Below are positions 41,744-51,572 of a stretch of 64,000 nucleotides of DNA, in pieces. This stretch comes from Candidatus Woesearchaeota archaeon (GTDB lineage: Archaea > Nanobdellota > Nanobdellia > Woesearchaeales > SKIA01), in NCBI GenBank assembly GCA_046704725.1, contig JBJKRI010000004.1, positions 86,091-150,090 on the forward strand, in the 5' to 3' direction. The first letter of the stretch is position 1. Each line of letters opens with the position of its first letter. Position numbers and translations under genes: made by a program. The notes under the pieces are model-generated. The model searched no databases, had not been told where the DNA came from, and worked only from the letters and a program-made list of their open reading frames with translations.

Positions 41744-43593
41744 ACCTTGCGGATCTGCGAGAGCACATTCTTCTTCCCCTTCCAGTCGAGCGCGAGCTCG
41801 AGGACCTCTTCGACGCGGTCGACCGGCTTGATCGTGATGCGAGAGGCGGTCTCCTTGCTGATGACGATATCCTTCATGTTCGTGCGCGGGACCAGGATTG
41901 TCTTGATGCCCGCCTGCGAAGCGGCCTCGACCTTGGTGGTGACGCCGCCGATGGGCAGGACGTCGCCGCGCACGGAGAGCGAGCCGGTCATGGCCACGTC
42001 CTGACGGACGGGTATCCCCTGGAAGGCGCTGATGATCGCTGTCGCCACAGCGACAGAAGCGCTGTCGCCCTCCACGCCCTCATAGGTCTGGAGGAACTGG
42101 ACGAAGACATCGTGGTTCTCGCGCAAGTCCTTGCCGAAGAGCTTCTTGACGATAGCGGTGACGTTCGTGATCGCCTCTTTGGCGATGTCGCCGAGATTGC
42201 CCGTGGCGATGATCCTGGACTCCCGTCCGCCGACGGTGACCTCGGCCTCGATAGGCAAGACGATGCCCGACATGCTGCTGCCGCTGCCCATGACGGCGAG
42301 GCCGTTCACGCGACCGACCATGCTGCCAGAGGTGCGGATGACCTCATACTCCTTGCGACGCTCGATATACTGGTCGGCGATCTGGTGCTCGAGGGTGCGG
42401 GCGTATCGCATCGCCTGCTGGACGTGCTTGCGCTGGACAGGATTCTCACCGAGCTCGACCGCCAGGTCGCCCGCAGCGCGCACGACGCCGCCGAGCTCGC
42501 GCAAGCGCAAGGTGAGATGGCCCGCCCGGTTCGCGCGCCGGCGAGCCTCCTCGATGATCTGGTCGACTGCCCCCTTGGAGAAATGCGGGATCTTGCCGTC
42601 CTTCCTGACCTCCTGGGCGACGAACTGCGCGAGCTTGTCGCGGTTCTCCGGAGTGTCCTTCATGGTCTCCTCCATGAAGACCTCATAGCCATAGCCACGG
42701 ATGCGGCTGCGCAAGGCAGGATGCATGTTCTTGACCGTCTCGATGTTGCCCGCCGCGACGAGCACGAAATTGCACGGCACCGGCTCTGTACGCACCATGG
42801 CTCCCGCGGAGCGCTCGGACTGCCCGGTGATGGCGAACCGGCCCTCTTGGAGGGCGGTCAGCAGCTCTTGCTGGGTGTCGGGAGCGAGCGTGGCTATCTC
42901 GTCGATGAACAGGACGCCCATGTGCGCCTTGTGGATCATGCCTGCGACGACGCGCTCGTGCGCTGGGGTTCCCAGACCGCCGCTCTGGAACGGGTCGTGC
43001 AGGACGTCGCCGAGCAGCGCGCCGGCGTGCGCTCCGGTCGCGTCGAAGTACGGCGCCTGCTCCTTGTTGAAGTTGTCCACGATGACCTTGGGTACGCTCG
43101 TGCGCCCGGCGCCCATCCTTTTTCCGAGATTCAGGAAGAGGACTGCCGCCGCGAGGAAGATGATGCCTCCGAGGAAGAACGCCGCGAACATGATATCGCT
43201 GTGGTAGTGGGCACGCGCCCACCAAGGGACGAGCATCGCGATGATCGCGAGGACGATGATGATGAGGTTCTGGTTCTTGAAGAACTCCGAGGCCTGGACG
43301 TGGCTCTTGCTCACGATATCCCTTCCGTCGCCCGCAGGGACGGTGCGGATGAGGGGCTGGTTCTCATCGTTCGGGTTCGGGAACGACACGATGTCCACGA
43401 GCTTCTCTTTCGGGAGCATCTCCGCGAGGGCCATGCCCAGCATGCTCTTTCCCGTGCCCGGCTCGCCGATGAGGAAGACGTGACGGCGCTGCTCGGCCAC
43501 CTTGCGGATGATACGCACGGCGTTGTCCTGCCCGATGACCGCGTCTATCAAACGCTTGGGAGTGGCGATGTCCGCGGTGGTCGTGAACTCCAT
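41683..43593 (-). CDS. lonB: archaeal membrane Lon protease (LonB)
   Basis: [13 protein letters not shown], two TM helices, [23 protein letters not shown]. Confidence 0.96.
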   Translation of the reverse strand: MEFTTTADIATPKRLIDAVIGQDNAVRIIRKVAEQRRHVFLIGEPGTGKSMLGMALAEMLPKEKLVDIVSFPNPNDENQPLIRTVPAGDGRDIVSKSHVQASEFFKNQNLIIIVLAIIAMLVPWWARAHYHSDIMFAAFFLGGIIFLAAAVLFLNLGKRMGAGRTSVPKVIVDNFNKEQAPYFDATGAHAGALLGDVLHDPFQSGGLGTPAHERVVAGMIHKAHMGVLFIDEIATLAPDTQQELLTALQEGRFAITGQSERSAGAMVRTEPVPCNFVLVAAGNIETVKNMHPALRSRIRGYGYEVFMEETMKDTPENRDKLAQFVAQEVRKDGKIPHFSKGAVDQIIEEARRRANRAGHLTLRLRELGGVVRAAGDLAVELGENPVQRKHVQQAMRYARTLEHQIADQYIERRKEYEVIRTSGSMVGRVNGLAVMGSGSSMSGIVLPIEAEVTVGGRESRIIATGNLGDIAKEAITNVTAIVKKLFGKDLRENHDVFVQFLQTYEGVEGDSASVAVATAIISAFQGIPVRQDVAMTGSLSVRGDVLPIGGVTTKVEAASQAGIKTILVPRTNMKDIVISKETASRITIKPVDRVEEVLELALDWKGKKNVLSQIRKVYAGTKPSKTSSGSKGRKSS

Positions 43594-43624
43594 CATCCGG
43601 CGAAAGCGCCGCGCGCTTTTATAT

Positions 43625-44878
43625 TCATTGTTTGGCCCCCCAAACGCTGAACGGGAGTTGCTGCTCGCTCTCAAGGGTCAACAAACGATTGTACTTGGCG
43701 GTGCGTTCCCCCCGGACGGGAGCGCCGCATTTGAGCTGGCCGCAACCCAGCGCCGTCGCGAGGTCGGCGACCAGGGTGTCCGTCGTCTCGCCGGAACGGT
43801 GCGAGACCATGACGTGCCAATCCGCCTCCAGCGCGAGCTTCGCAGCATCCAGGGATTCAGTGATCGTGCCGATCTGATTGGGCTTGAGGAGCAGGCAGTC
43901 GCACGAACCCGCCTCTATCGCGGTCTGTATGCGTGTGGGGTTCGTGACGGTCAGGTCGTCGCCGACCACCTGGACGTGCAGATCGAGCTCGGCGATCCGC
44001 CGGCGGAGGTTCGCGAACGCGCCGAAAGCATCCTGCTCGAACGGATCCTCCAGACTGATGATCGGATAGCTCGAGAGCAGGTCGCAGTAGTATTCCGTGA
44101 GCTCGTGCTCGTCCAAGGACTTGCCTTCCTCTATCTCGTAGCGTCCGTCGACGTAGAATTCTGATGCGGCAGGGTCCATCGCGATAGCGAGGTCGTGCCC
44201 AGCCTCCTTCATGGCACGCATGAGCAGATCGCACGCCTCCCGAGGATGCGCGAGGTCGGGCGCGAAACCTCCTTCGTCCCCGACGCCGGTCTGGGACGTG
44301 CCGTACTCTTTCGCGATGATGCGCTTGAGCGCGTGGACGGTCTCGGCCACTTGGAGCGTCGCTTCTGCGAAGGTGGTCGCTTTCCACGGCACCACCATGA
44401 ACTCCTGGGGCCGTAGACGGGTTCCAGCGTGCTTTCCCCCATTGATGATGTTCGCGAAGGGCATGGGCAACGACGGTTTCGTCCCGGCGAGTTCCGCAAG
44501 CAGTTCGTAGAGCTGCTGGTCGTGCTGGAACGCCTGGACGTTCGCCTGGAGCATGCTCACACAGAGCGTGGCGTTCGCCCCGAGATGCGCCTTGTTCGGC
44601 GTGCCGTCCGCGGCGAGCAACTCCTTGTCTGCCGCAGCGACGTCGGCGGGATCCCAATCGAGCTTCTCGGAGATGCGTTCGGCATGCTCGATGGCCTTGT
44701 GCACGGACTTGCCATCATAGGCTCCGGTCCCGTCGCGGAGCTCGATGGCCTCGTGCGCTCCTGTGGAGGCGCCGCTGGGGACGGCCACGCGCAGCGGGGG
44801 ATTGCTCTTGTGCCACGTGCCCTGGAGCGTGGGATTGCCCCTGCTGTCGAGTATCTGGAGGTAGGAATATGCAGTCAT
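43625..44878 (-). CDS. eno: enolase
   Basis: [51 protein letters not shown]. Confidence 0.97.
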   Translation of the reverse strand: MTAYSYLQILDSRGNPTLQGTWHKSNPPLRVAVPSGASTGAHEAIELRDGTGAYDGKSVHKAIEHAERISEKLDWDPADVAAADKELLAADGTPNKAHLGANATLCVSMLQANVQAFQHDQQLYELLAELAGTKPSLPMPFANIINGGKHAGTRLRPQEFMVVPWKATTFAEATLQVAETVHALKRIIAKEYGTSQTGVGDEGGFAPDLAHPREACDLLMRAMKEAGHDLAIAMDPAASEFYVDGRYEIEEGKSLDEHELTEYYCDLLSSYPIISLEDPFEQDAFGAFANLRRRIAELDLHVQVVGDDLTVTNPTRIQTAIEAGSCDCLLLKPNQIGTITESLDAAKLALEADWHVMVSHRSGETTDTLVADLATALGCGQLKCGAPVRGERTAKYNRLLTLESEQQLPFSVWGAKQ

Positions 44879-44893
44879 GGTCTTTGAGAGGAA

Positions 44894-44910
44894 TGAAAGA
44901 AAAAAGAAAA
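44894..44910 (-). terminator. T-rich terminator after the pilin gene
   Basis: TTTTCTTTTTTCTTTC on the minus strand just downstream of the stop. Confidence 0.6.
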
Positions 44911-44923
44911 GCGGTCGGTGGGC

Positions 44924-45373
44924 CTATTCCACCGAACCAGTCAGTTGTCCGGACGCCACGTGCGACTCGGAGTCTCCCGACTTGATGTAGGTAACATTGA
45001 TGTTACCCCGGAAGCTTCCCGAGAGCGTGCCTGCGGTGCAGTTGAACGTCACCTGCTTCTCATCGCGGTTGTTCATCTGACCGAGCGCGACGTTCGAGTT
45101 GGTGAGCGTACAATCGGTCGTCGACATCGAGACGTTCACCGTCTTGGCGTCCACACCGAGATTGTTGATCACCTTGAACCGAACCTGGTTCGCGGTACCG
45201 TCGACCTTGTAGTCCTTACAGCTGAATCCCCCTTGAATGATACAGTCATTCGGGAGGAACCTGGACGGGCTCAATACACCAAAGTACGCCAAGGCGCCGA
45301 TGGCTGCGAGCACGACGAGGATGGCCCAGCCGTAGGTCATCAGAAATTCCATTGCTGCTTGTGCTTTGCGCAT
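44924..45373 (-). CDS. type IV pilin with class III signal peptide (probable major pilin)
   Basis: MRKA^QAAMEFLMTYGWAILVV, four-Cys head, GAGGTGA SD, own TTTAAG box and terminator. Confidence 0.88.
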   Translation of the reverse strand: MRKAQAAMEFLMTYGWAILVVLAAIGALAYFGVLSPSRFLPNDCIIQGGFSCKDYKVDGTANQVRFKVINNLGVDAKTVNVSMSTTDCTLTNSNVALGQMNNRDEKQVTFNCTAGTLSGSFRGNINVTYIKSGDSESHVASGQLTGSVE

Positions 45374-45471
45374 TGTTGTTGTCACCTCTATGGAGGATTG
45401 GTCTGACCTATCACTGCCCAACACTCTTTAAAAAGATTCCGATTTTTGCGGCTTTTTGTATACTGGTATAC

Positions 45472-46665
45472 CTATATAAGGGAACCGAAGATGTGCCCGA
45501 AGAACGCGACAGCCAAGAAGTAGAGCGTGAGGCTAATGGTCAGGAAGAACGGCAGGAAACGCAGTCCCTCCGTCAGTTCCCCCTTACGGATGACGCTGAT
45601 GATCATGCCCGAGAGCGTGCTGGTCGCGGTGAGCACGACCATGCAGAAGATGCGGAAGTCCGAGAGCTTGACCACATCAGGCGTCACGGACAATGTCCCG
45701 GTCGGGCTCGCGCTGGTCCCGATATGCGCAGCGATCGTCTGGATGACCACGAGGAGCTGTGTCGCGAGGCCGAACAGGACCGGCGCGGCCAGGACGGAAG
45801 CGAACGAGATAAAGATAACATACGTGGTGACGTTCGCAGCCATCTCTTTTTGGAGGATGCGCTGCTCCTGGATGTCCGTCGCGATCTTGTGCAGCAGGTC
45901 GGCGATCTTGCCGCCGGCAGCGACGCCCTCCAAGAGCAGGCTCACGCTCCGACGGACGATCGGGCTCTCATAATGCTCGGAGAATCCACGCATCGCATCA
46001 GGGAGCTCCGCACCGGTCAGCACCTGCTTCGCCACATCCTCGATCTCCTTGGCGAGCACGCCGAAACGGGGGCGAACCGCGTACCACAGCGCGCGATCGA
46101 TCGTCATGCCAGCGCCGATGTTCGCAGCGGCGAGCTGCAAGAAATCAGGCAACACCTCCTCGACCTGCTTGCGACGGGCGTTGATGCGCAGGTCCAGCCA
46201 CGCCGCGACGAACAAGCTGGCGAGCAACAGGATGAGCGAGAATCCCATGGACCAGAAGCCCGCCATGAAGACGAGCACGTTGACCGCGCCCTTCTGGTAG
46301 ACCGAAGCGAGCACCAAGACGACGATGCTGAGCACCAGAGAGACGATGACGCTACCCAAGAAGACGCGCTTCTTGAAGACATGGGAATCAATGGACAATC
46401 CCGCCTTGCGCAAGAGCTCCGCGAGACTATGACGGACACGCTTGACCTTCTTCTTCTTGACAGTCGGCGAGAACAGCTGTTTTCGCAACTCCTCGCGATG
46501 CTTCTCGCCCTCCGCGATGTCGGCCACCTGCTTGAGATGCTGCTTGAGCCGATCATGACGGAAAAGGTGACGCACCCGTTCGCGCAAGGAGGGTTTCTTC
46601 TTCGGGGCGGGAGAGACGGCGGGCTGCTTGGGGACCGGGACCTCCGGAGACTTGTGCTCTGCCAT
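45472..46665 (-). CDS. type IV pilus membrane platform protein (T2SS-F/TadC-like)
   Basis: EEVLPDFLQL.A.NI.AG.T...AL, FGVL..E, GG....LL, multi-TM. Confidence 0.88.
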   Translation of the reverse strand: MAEHKSPEVPVPKQPAVSPAPKKKPSLRERVRHLFRHDRLKQHLKQVADIAEGEKHREELRKQLFSPTVKKKKVKRVRHSLAELLRKAGLSIDSHVFKKRVFLGSVIVSLVLSIVVLVLASVYQKGAVNVLVFMAGFWSMGFSLILLLASLFVAAWLDLRINARRKQVEEVLPDFLQLAAANIGAGMTIDRALWYAVRPRFGVLAKEIEDVAKQVLTGAELPDAMRGFSEHYESPIVRRSVSLLLEGVAAGGKIADLLHKIATDIQEQRILQKEMAANVTTYVIFISFASVLAAPVLFGLATQLLVVIQTIAAHIGTSASPTGTLSVTPDVVKLSDFRIFCMVVLTATSTLSGMIISVIRKGELTEGLRFLPFFLTISLTLYFLAVAFFGHIFGSLI

Positions 46666-47451
46666 CTAGAACGCCACCGCCGGCCGTTGCGACTTGATCG
46701 CGGCCAAGAACATGAACTGGATGAACGCGAGACCGGCCGCGGCGATCAACAAGATAGGCAGGCCGAGCTTGAAACCGATGAACGTTGACATGACGATCAC
46801 CATCACCATGCCCAGGCTCGGCAGGATGACTGCCATCATCATGTAGAACATGGCGAGCGGGTTGAGGCGGCGCCCGTATTCCACGACCTGGATGCGCTGC
46901 TCGCGGACGACCTGGTCGATAGCGACAGCGAGGCTCTCAGAGACCTCTCCGCCGGTGCGCAGGCTGTTGAGGATCTGCCAGAAGAGCTTGCGCAAGTGAT
47001 CGCTGGGCAGGTACTCGATCATCTGGTTCATCGCGTCCTCGGTCGAGGTGCCCATGCTGATCCGGTCGACGGCCTCCTGGAAGTACGCGCCGACATGTGG
47101 ATAGGTACGAGCGAGGTTCTGGAAGGTATCATAGAGAGGCACGCCGGACTCGAGCTCGATGATGAGGAAGCGTCCGGCATACACGATCTCCTGGTCCACC
47201 ATGCGCCCCTGCATGATGATACGCACATCCACGTAGTGCAGGAAATACCAGAAGATGAACGGGAACAGGCCGAACGCGATGATTGCGTACGGGCTCTTGG
47301 TGACCGCGAAGACGAGCAGGACCGCACCGGCCGCCATGAAGGCGGCAGTCATCATGGTCTTGCGCAAGTAGAACTCGGGGCTGTCAGGCATGCGGGCCGC
47401 CCGCAGCTTGCGCGGCAGGTCCGGCATGGACTTGGCCAGACGCTTAAGCAT
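46666..47451 (-). CDS. type IV pilus membrane platform protein (T2SS-F/TadB-like)
   Basis: ELESGVPL, G...EDA, S.RTGG, EYGRRLNPL, C-terminal TMs. Confidence 0.85.
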   Translation of the reverse strand: MLKRLAKSMPDLPRKLRAARMPDSPEFYLRKTMMTAAFMAAGAVLLVFAVTKSPYAIIAFGLFPFIFWYFLHYVDVRIIMQGRMVDQEIVYAGRFLIIELESGVPLYDTFQNLARTYPHVGAYFQEAVDRISMGTSTEDAMNQMIEYLPSDHLRKLFWQILNSLRTGGEVSESLAVAIDQVVREQRIQVVEYGRRLNPLAMFYMMMAVILPSLGMVMVIVMSTFIGFKLGLPILLIAAAGLAFIQFMFLAAIKSQRPAVAF

Positions 47452-49099
47452 CCCCCTCACCCATGGCGGGAAGCTTCTTCCCCGAGCGCACGTAGCGCAT
47501 CAGCGTCGCCTTGTCCGTATAATACTCCGCCATGACGCGCCCGACGCCGTCCACGGTAGAGATATCATGCTTGACCAGATACGCCAGCACAGCCTCCTTC
47601 TCCGCCAGGTCACGACGCATCTCCGCACGCGTCATCCCCGTGAAGAGCATGAGGTTCGCAAGGAGGCTCTTGCTCTTGGAGACCTCGACGAGCGTGTCTT
47701 TCTTCACGTCGTACTGCATGAGCACGTGCGCGCTCGCATCAGGCAATATCTCCGCGATCTGGAAGGTGCGACGCACCCCCGTGCGGCGATTGCGGAACTG
47801 CACGATGATCAGGCTGATGGCAGGGAGCATCGAAGACGGGACGTCGATAGGCGGGTTGGTGATACGGTCGACGGTCTCCTCGGCGCTATTCGCGTGAAAG
47901 GTCGCATACACGCTGTGACCGGTGTGGATCGCTTCGAACAGCGTCTCCGCCTCCGTCTTGCGGCGGATCTCACCGACGAGGATGCGGTCGGGACGCATAC
48001 GCAGGCTGTTGACGAGCAGGTCCTCCATGCTGATCTCCCCGCGATCCTCGGTGTTCGGCTGCCGGGTATTGAGCGGGACCCAGTGCAGGAAGCGCGGCAA
48101 GCGCAACTCGCGCGTGTCCTCTATGGAGAGGACGCGTTGGTTGGGCGGGATGAAGCTCGCGAGCACGTTGAGCGTGCTGGTCTTGCCCGAAGCGGTCCCT
48201 CCGGTGATGAGCGCCGACAACTCGTACTGCATCGCCAGCCAGATGAGGCTCGCGGCCTTCGTGTTGATGGTCTTGGCCGCCAGGAACTTGGTGATCGTCC
48301 ATGGATCGCGGCTGAACTTCCGGATGGTCATGGTGTTGCCCTGGGTGCTGATGGGCAGCATGGTCGCGTTGACGCGGTCGCCCTCCTCCAGGTGGGCGTC
48401 CAGGAGCGGCGTCATGACCGTGAACTGACGGCCGACCTTCCGGGCGATCGTCGTGCTGTAGTGCTTGGTCTGCTCCTCGGAGAGGATGCGGACGTTCGTC
48501 TTGAGCCAGCCGTGCCGCTTGTGATAGACCCACACCGGCTCCTCAGCGCTATTGATGACGATCTCCTCGAGGTTCTGGTCGGACATGAGGATCTCGAGGC
48601 TGCCAAGACCCAGGCTCTTCTGGATGAGATACGTGGTCAGAAAACCCTTGGTGCGATCATCGCTCTCGGGGAAGTACCGCTCGATGAGCACGCCGATCGT
48701 CTCCTTGAACCGCTCCTCGACCACCTCGGACTTCTTCTCGTCCGTGATATCCACGATCCCCAGGTCCACCTTGTCGATGAGGATGTTGCGGATCTTCTCG
48801 AGGATGCTCTCCGTGGTGGGGGAGAGATCGCTGATGCTGACCTCATAGGAATACACGTACTCGCCGGGGAGCTTCTTGACGGCGATGGTGATCGGGATAT
48901 CCTTGCTCTTGTAGTCGTACGTGTCGATGACGTGCTCTTTCTTCGGCGCCTTGACGGCCTTCTTGCCGGAGCGCTTCGTCGCCTTCTTCGCAGCCCTCTT
49001 CGAAGCCTTGCGCGTCGATCGCTTCGCTGCGCGCTTCCTCGTACCCGCCCTCTTATGGGCGTGCGAGCGCTTGTGCGCCCTTGCCTTCTTCTTCGCCAT
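47444..49099 (-). CDS. type IV pilus/secretion ATPase (PilB/FlaI/CpaF family) with basic N-terminal tail
   Basis: TIRKF, GGTASGKTS, IEDTREL, LRMRPDRILVGEIR, TGH...TFHA. Confidence 0.95.
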   Translation of the reverse strand: MAKKKARAHKRSHAHKRAGTRKRAAKRSTRKASKRAAKKATKRSGKKAVKAPKKEHVIDTYDYKSKDIPITIAVKKLPGEYVYSYEVSISDLSPTTESILEKIRNILIDKVDLGIVDITDEKKSEVVEERFKETIGVLIERYFPESDDRTKGFLTTYLIQKSLGLGSLEILMSDQNLEEIVINSAEEPVWVYHKRHGWLKTNVRILSEEQTKHYSTTIARKVGRQFTVMTPLLDAHLEEGDRVNATMLPISTQGNTMTIRKFSRDPWTITKFLAAKTINTKAASLIWLAMQYELSALITGGTASGKTSTLNVLASFIPPNQRVLSIEDTRELRLPRFLHWVPLNTRQPNTEDRGEISMEDLLVNSLRMRPDRILVGEIRRKTEAETLFEAIHTGHSVYATFHANSAEETVDRITNPPIDVPSSMLPAISLIIVQFRNRRTGVRRTFQIAEILPDASAHVLMQYDVKKDTLVEVSKSKSLLANLMLFTGMTRAEMRRDLAEKEAVLAYLVKHDISTVDGVGRVMAEYYTDKATLMRYVRSGKKLPAMGEGDA

Positions 49100-49108
49100 C
49101 CCTCACCT

Positions 49109-50254
49109 CTACTTGAATATCCCGGATACGAGCTTCTTAAGCTTTCCCTCATGCTTCTCGCGCTTCTTCTCCCAATCAGCGAAACGCTTCTCGAGCTCCT
49201 TGACGTGCGCTGAAACGTCCTGGCTGGACGCGAGATTGAACGACGTCGCGGCTTCACGCATCTCCTGCAGCCCTGCCTCGAGCTGCTTTTTCTCCTTGCG
49301 CAGCGCCTCGATGTCCTTGTCGACATCCATCTTCTTCGAGAAGAACTCCTCGAACTTCTTGGCCTGCTCCGTGCCCGCCTCGACATCCCTGCCGACGGCC
49401 TTCTTGGCCTCGGAGGCCTTCGAGAGGATGCGTCCGCGCAGCTCCTCGATGGCCTTCTCGTGCTCCTTGCGGCGGTCCTCGAGCGTGTCGAGACGCTCCT
49501 TCTTGGTCTTGTCGATGGCCGTACGCAAATCGTCGGCCTGCGAGCGCATACGCTCGACGTGCTTCTCCTCCTCCTGGACGGTCTTCTGCTCCTCGAGATG
49601 ACGCTTGCGGGCGCGATCCAGGAGCTTGGCGACGGCCTCGGCTCGCTGGTCGAACTCCTTCTCGATCTCCTCGACCTCGGTGAGGCGCTTTCGCTCGTCG
49701 TCGAGCGTCTTCTTCTCCTTCTCGATATCGCCGAGGAGCGACTCGTAGCGCTTCTGCTCGTCCCGAAGGGCGCTGCTGGCCTGCGAGACCTGATCCTTGT
49801 ACTTGGACATCTCCTTCTGGATGTCCTCATCGAGCTTCGACTTGAGCTGCTCGAACTTCTCGAGCTCCTGCAGTTCCCCCCGTACCTGGTCGACCTGCTT
49901 TCCCAGGCTCTTCTTGAAATCGTCGAACTGCTGCCTGACGTGCTCGAAAGAGCCTTCCTGCTGCTCGAGCTTGCCCAGGGCGGAATCCACGCGGCGCACG
50001 AACGCCTCCTTCTTGTTCGAGTACTGCTTCTCGCGCTTCTCGATATCCTTCTTGGAGAGCTCGCGCTCCTTGAGATAGGTCTTGGACAGGCTGTAATCGA
50101 TGCTGACGAGCTTCTCGTCGGACAGGAACTCCGCCCATTCGGTCACGACGAGCTTGCTCACGCCCAATTGCTTCGCGGCGGCGTCGATACTGATTTTCTT
50201 CTTGTCGTGCACGAGCGCGACGAGCTTATCGACACCGGTCTCTATACGTCCCAT
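49109..50254 (-). CDS. coiled-coil protein with N-terminal wHTH-like domain
   Basis: IETGVDKLV.LV...ISI..AAKQLGVS...EWAEFL, followed by a long E/K heptad region. Confidence 0.8.
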   Translation of the reverse strand: MGRIETGVDKLVALVHDKKKISIDAAAKQLGVSKLVVTEWAEFLSDEKLVSIDYSLSKTYLKERELSKKDIEKREKQYSNKKEAFVRRVDSALGKLEQQEGSFEHVRQQFDDFKKSLGKQVDQVRGELQELEKFEQLKSKLDEDIQKEMSKYKDQVSQASSALRDEQKRYESLLGDIEKEKKTLDDERKRLTEVEEIEKEFDQRAEAVAKLLDRARKRHLEEQKTVQEEEKHVERMRSQADDLRTAIDKTKKERLDTLEDRRKEHEKAIEELRGRILSKASEAKKAVGRDVEAGTEQAKKFEEFFSKKMDVDKDIEALRKEKKQLEAGLQEMREAATSFNLASSQDVSAHVKELEKRFADWEKKREKHEGKLKKLVSGIFK

Positions 50255-50280
50255 CCGGGAGGAACAACCCCGAACCGCCT

Positions 50281-50643
50281 TTAAATACGTTTCTCTTCCG
50301 GAAAGCGCCAGGAGACTGTGTTTCCCACATCGACGGGGTCAGCGGCCCCCGCAGGAAGCTCGATGAGGTAACGCGTTCCGGCAGCGCCGGGAGCACGCCA
50401 GGCGAACGGCGCAAGACGCTTCTTGTGCAGGACGCGTCGCTCGGCGTCCAACCAGAGCACGTCGATAGGGAAGAACACGAACAGGTTGGTCACGTCCCAA
50501 TCACCCTTCCAAGGGAGCAGGAAGACCCAGCCGACGTCCTCGAGGGGACGGCGGAACATGAGACCGAGCCCTTGCTGAAGGAGCCCACGCACCGGATGTG
50601 CGTGTCCCGCCAGGCGGACCTTCCGCGTGTCGTCGGTTATCAT
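50281..50643 (-). CDS. DUF192 family protein
   Basis: GLMFR, FVFFPIDVLWLD, YLIELPAG. Confidence 0.85.
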   Translation of the reverse strand: MITDDTRKVRLAGHAHPVRGLLQQGLGLMFRRPLEDVGWVFLLPWKGDWDVTNLFVFFPIDVLWLDAERRVLHKKRLAPFAWRAPGAAGTRYLIELPAGAADPVDVGNTVSWRFPEEKRI

Positions 50644-51572
50644 CGCGTCTTCCCCACCGCGTCGTACGACGCGAGATGATTGTTATCGAGCAAGAACCGG
50701 TCGGGCATATTCACGATCATGTTCGTGGTCGTCGAGGAATTGCCGAAGTACAGGTAGTCGACCACGCTGCGGTCGGTGTGGACGGGGATGTCCTGCCGGT
50801 CGAGCTCTTTCGTGTCTACCAAGGAGGCGATTCCGTAAGGCGACGGACTGAGGTTGCCTGTGAAACGCATCACGAACGACGGCGCCTGGGTGTCCGGGAC
50901 GAACAAGGTGTTATTGAAGATGATTTGCAGCTTGGTGGTATCATTGTCCGCGGTGATGTAGGGATGGGTCACGTTCGAGGAGATGATGAGTACCGGCACG
51001 CGGCCGAGGGTCCCCACCGCGTACAAGGGATCCTTGAGCTGCTCGATAGAGAAGTTGCGCGAGACGTTCTCCTCATAGTCCCAGCGCGTCGTGTTGTCCT
51101 GCATGCTCGCGTTCACGGTGAAGATGCACTGGATCTCCACGACGAACGGCGCGACCTGCTGGAGACTGACGTTCCGTATACGCAGTTGTACGTTCATCCC
51201 GACGGCCGACGCCATCTGTCTCTCCCGCGCCACGAAATCATCGAACGTGGCGTTCTGCATGACATCGTAGAAGGTGCCGTTGATGGTGCCGTTCTGCATG
51301 ACCGACGCGTACTGCACAGGAAGATCGCTGAGGTATTGACCGGTGTTGCTCACGTGCTCCTCAAGACCGAGTAGGCCGCGGTATCCCGTCACGAAGAGCA
51401 CTCGCGACAGGTCGTTGTCGAGCTGGACGAGATAATGGTTCGCCGAGAGCACTTGCTCGCGTTCTGTGAGCGTGCTCGAACCGCTCTTCGCTGTCTTGTA
51501 GCCGATTCCCGCGATGACGACGGCGACCACGACGATCGCCAGGATCGTGAAGATATAGCCCCGGCGGTTCAT
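50640..51572 (-). CDS. minor pilin-like protein
   Basis: MNRRG^YIFTILA class III-type signal followed by a hydrophobic helix. Confidence 0.75.
   Translation of the reverse strand: MNRRGYIFTILAIVVVAVVIAGIGYKTAKSGSSTLTEREQVLSANHYLVQLDNDLSRVLFVTGYRGLLGLEEHVSNTGQYLSDLPVQYASVMQNGTINGTFYDVMQNATFDDFVARERQMASAVGMNVQLRIRNVSLQQVAPFVVEIQCIFTVNASMQDNTTRWDYEENVSRNFSIEQLKDPLYAVGTLGRVPVLIISSNVTHPYITADNDTTKLQIIFNNTLFVPDTQAPSFVMRFTGNLSPSPYGIASLVDTKELDRQDIPVHTDRSVVDYLYFGNSSTTTNMIVNMPDRFLLDNNHLASYDAVGKTR

Noticed and set aside
41257-43650. Long antisense or alternate-frame ORFs (e.g. 41257-43650 +, 20-1588 -, 5568-7526 +, 47390-49213 +, 52208-53989 +, 60907-62688 +)
   Set aside because: Shadows of well-supported genes, expected from high GC and codon bias.
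46660-46670. In-frame TAG-ATG junction between the two platform genes as amber readthrough or recoding
   Set aside because: TAG is a true stop in many conserved genes here (kae1, scpA, ftsY, rpl37e), and split TadB/TadC-like genes are normal.
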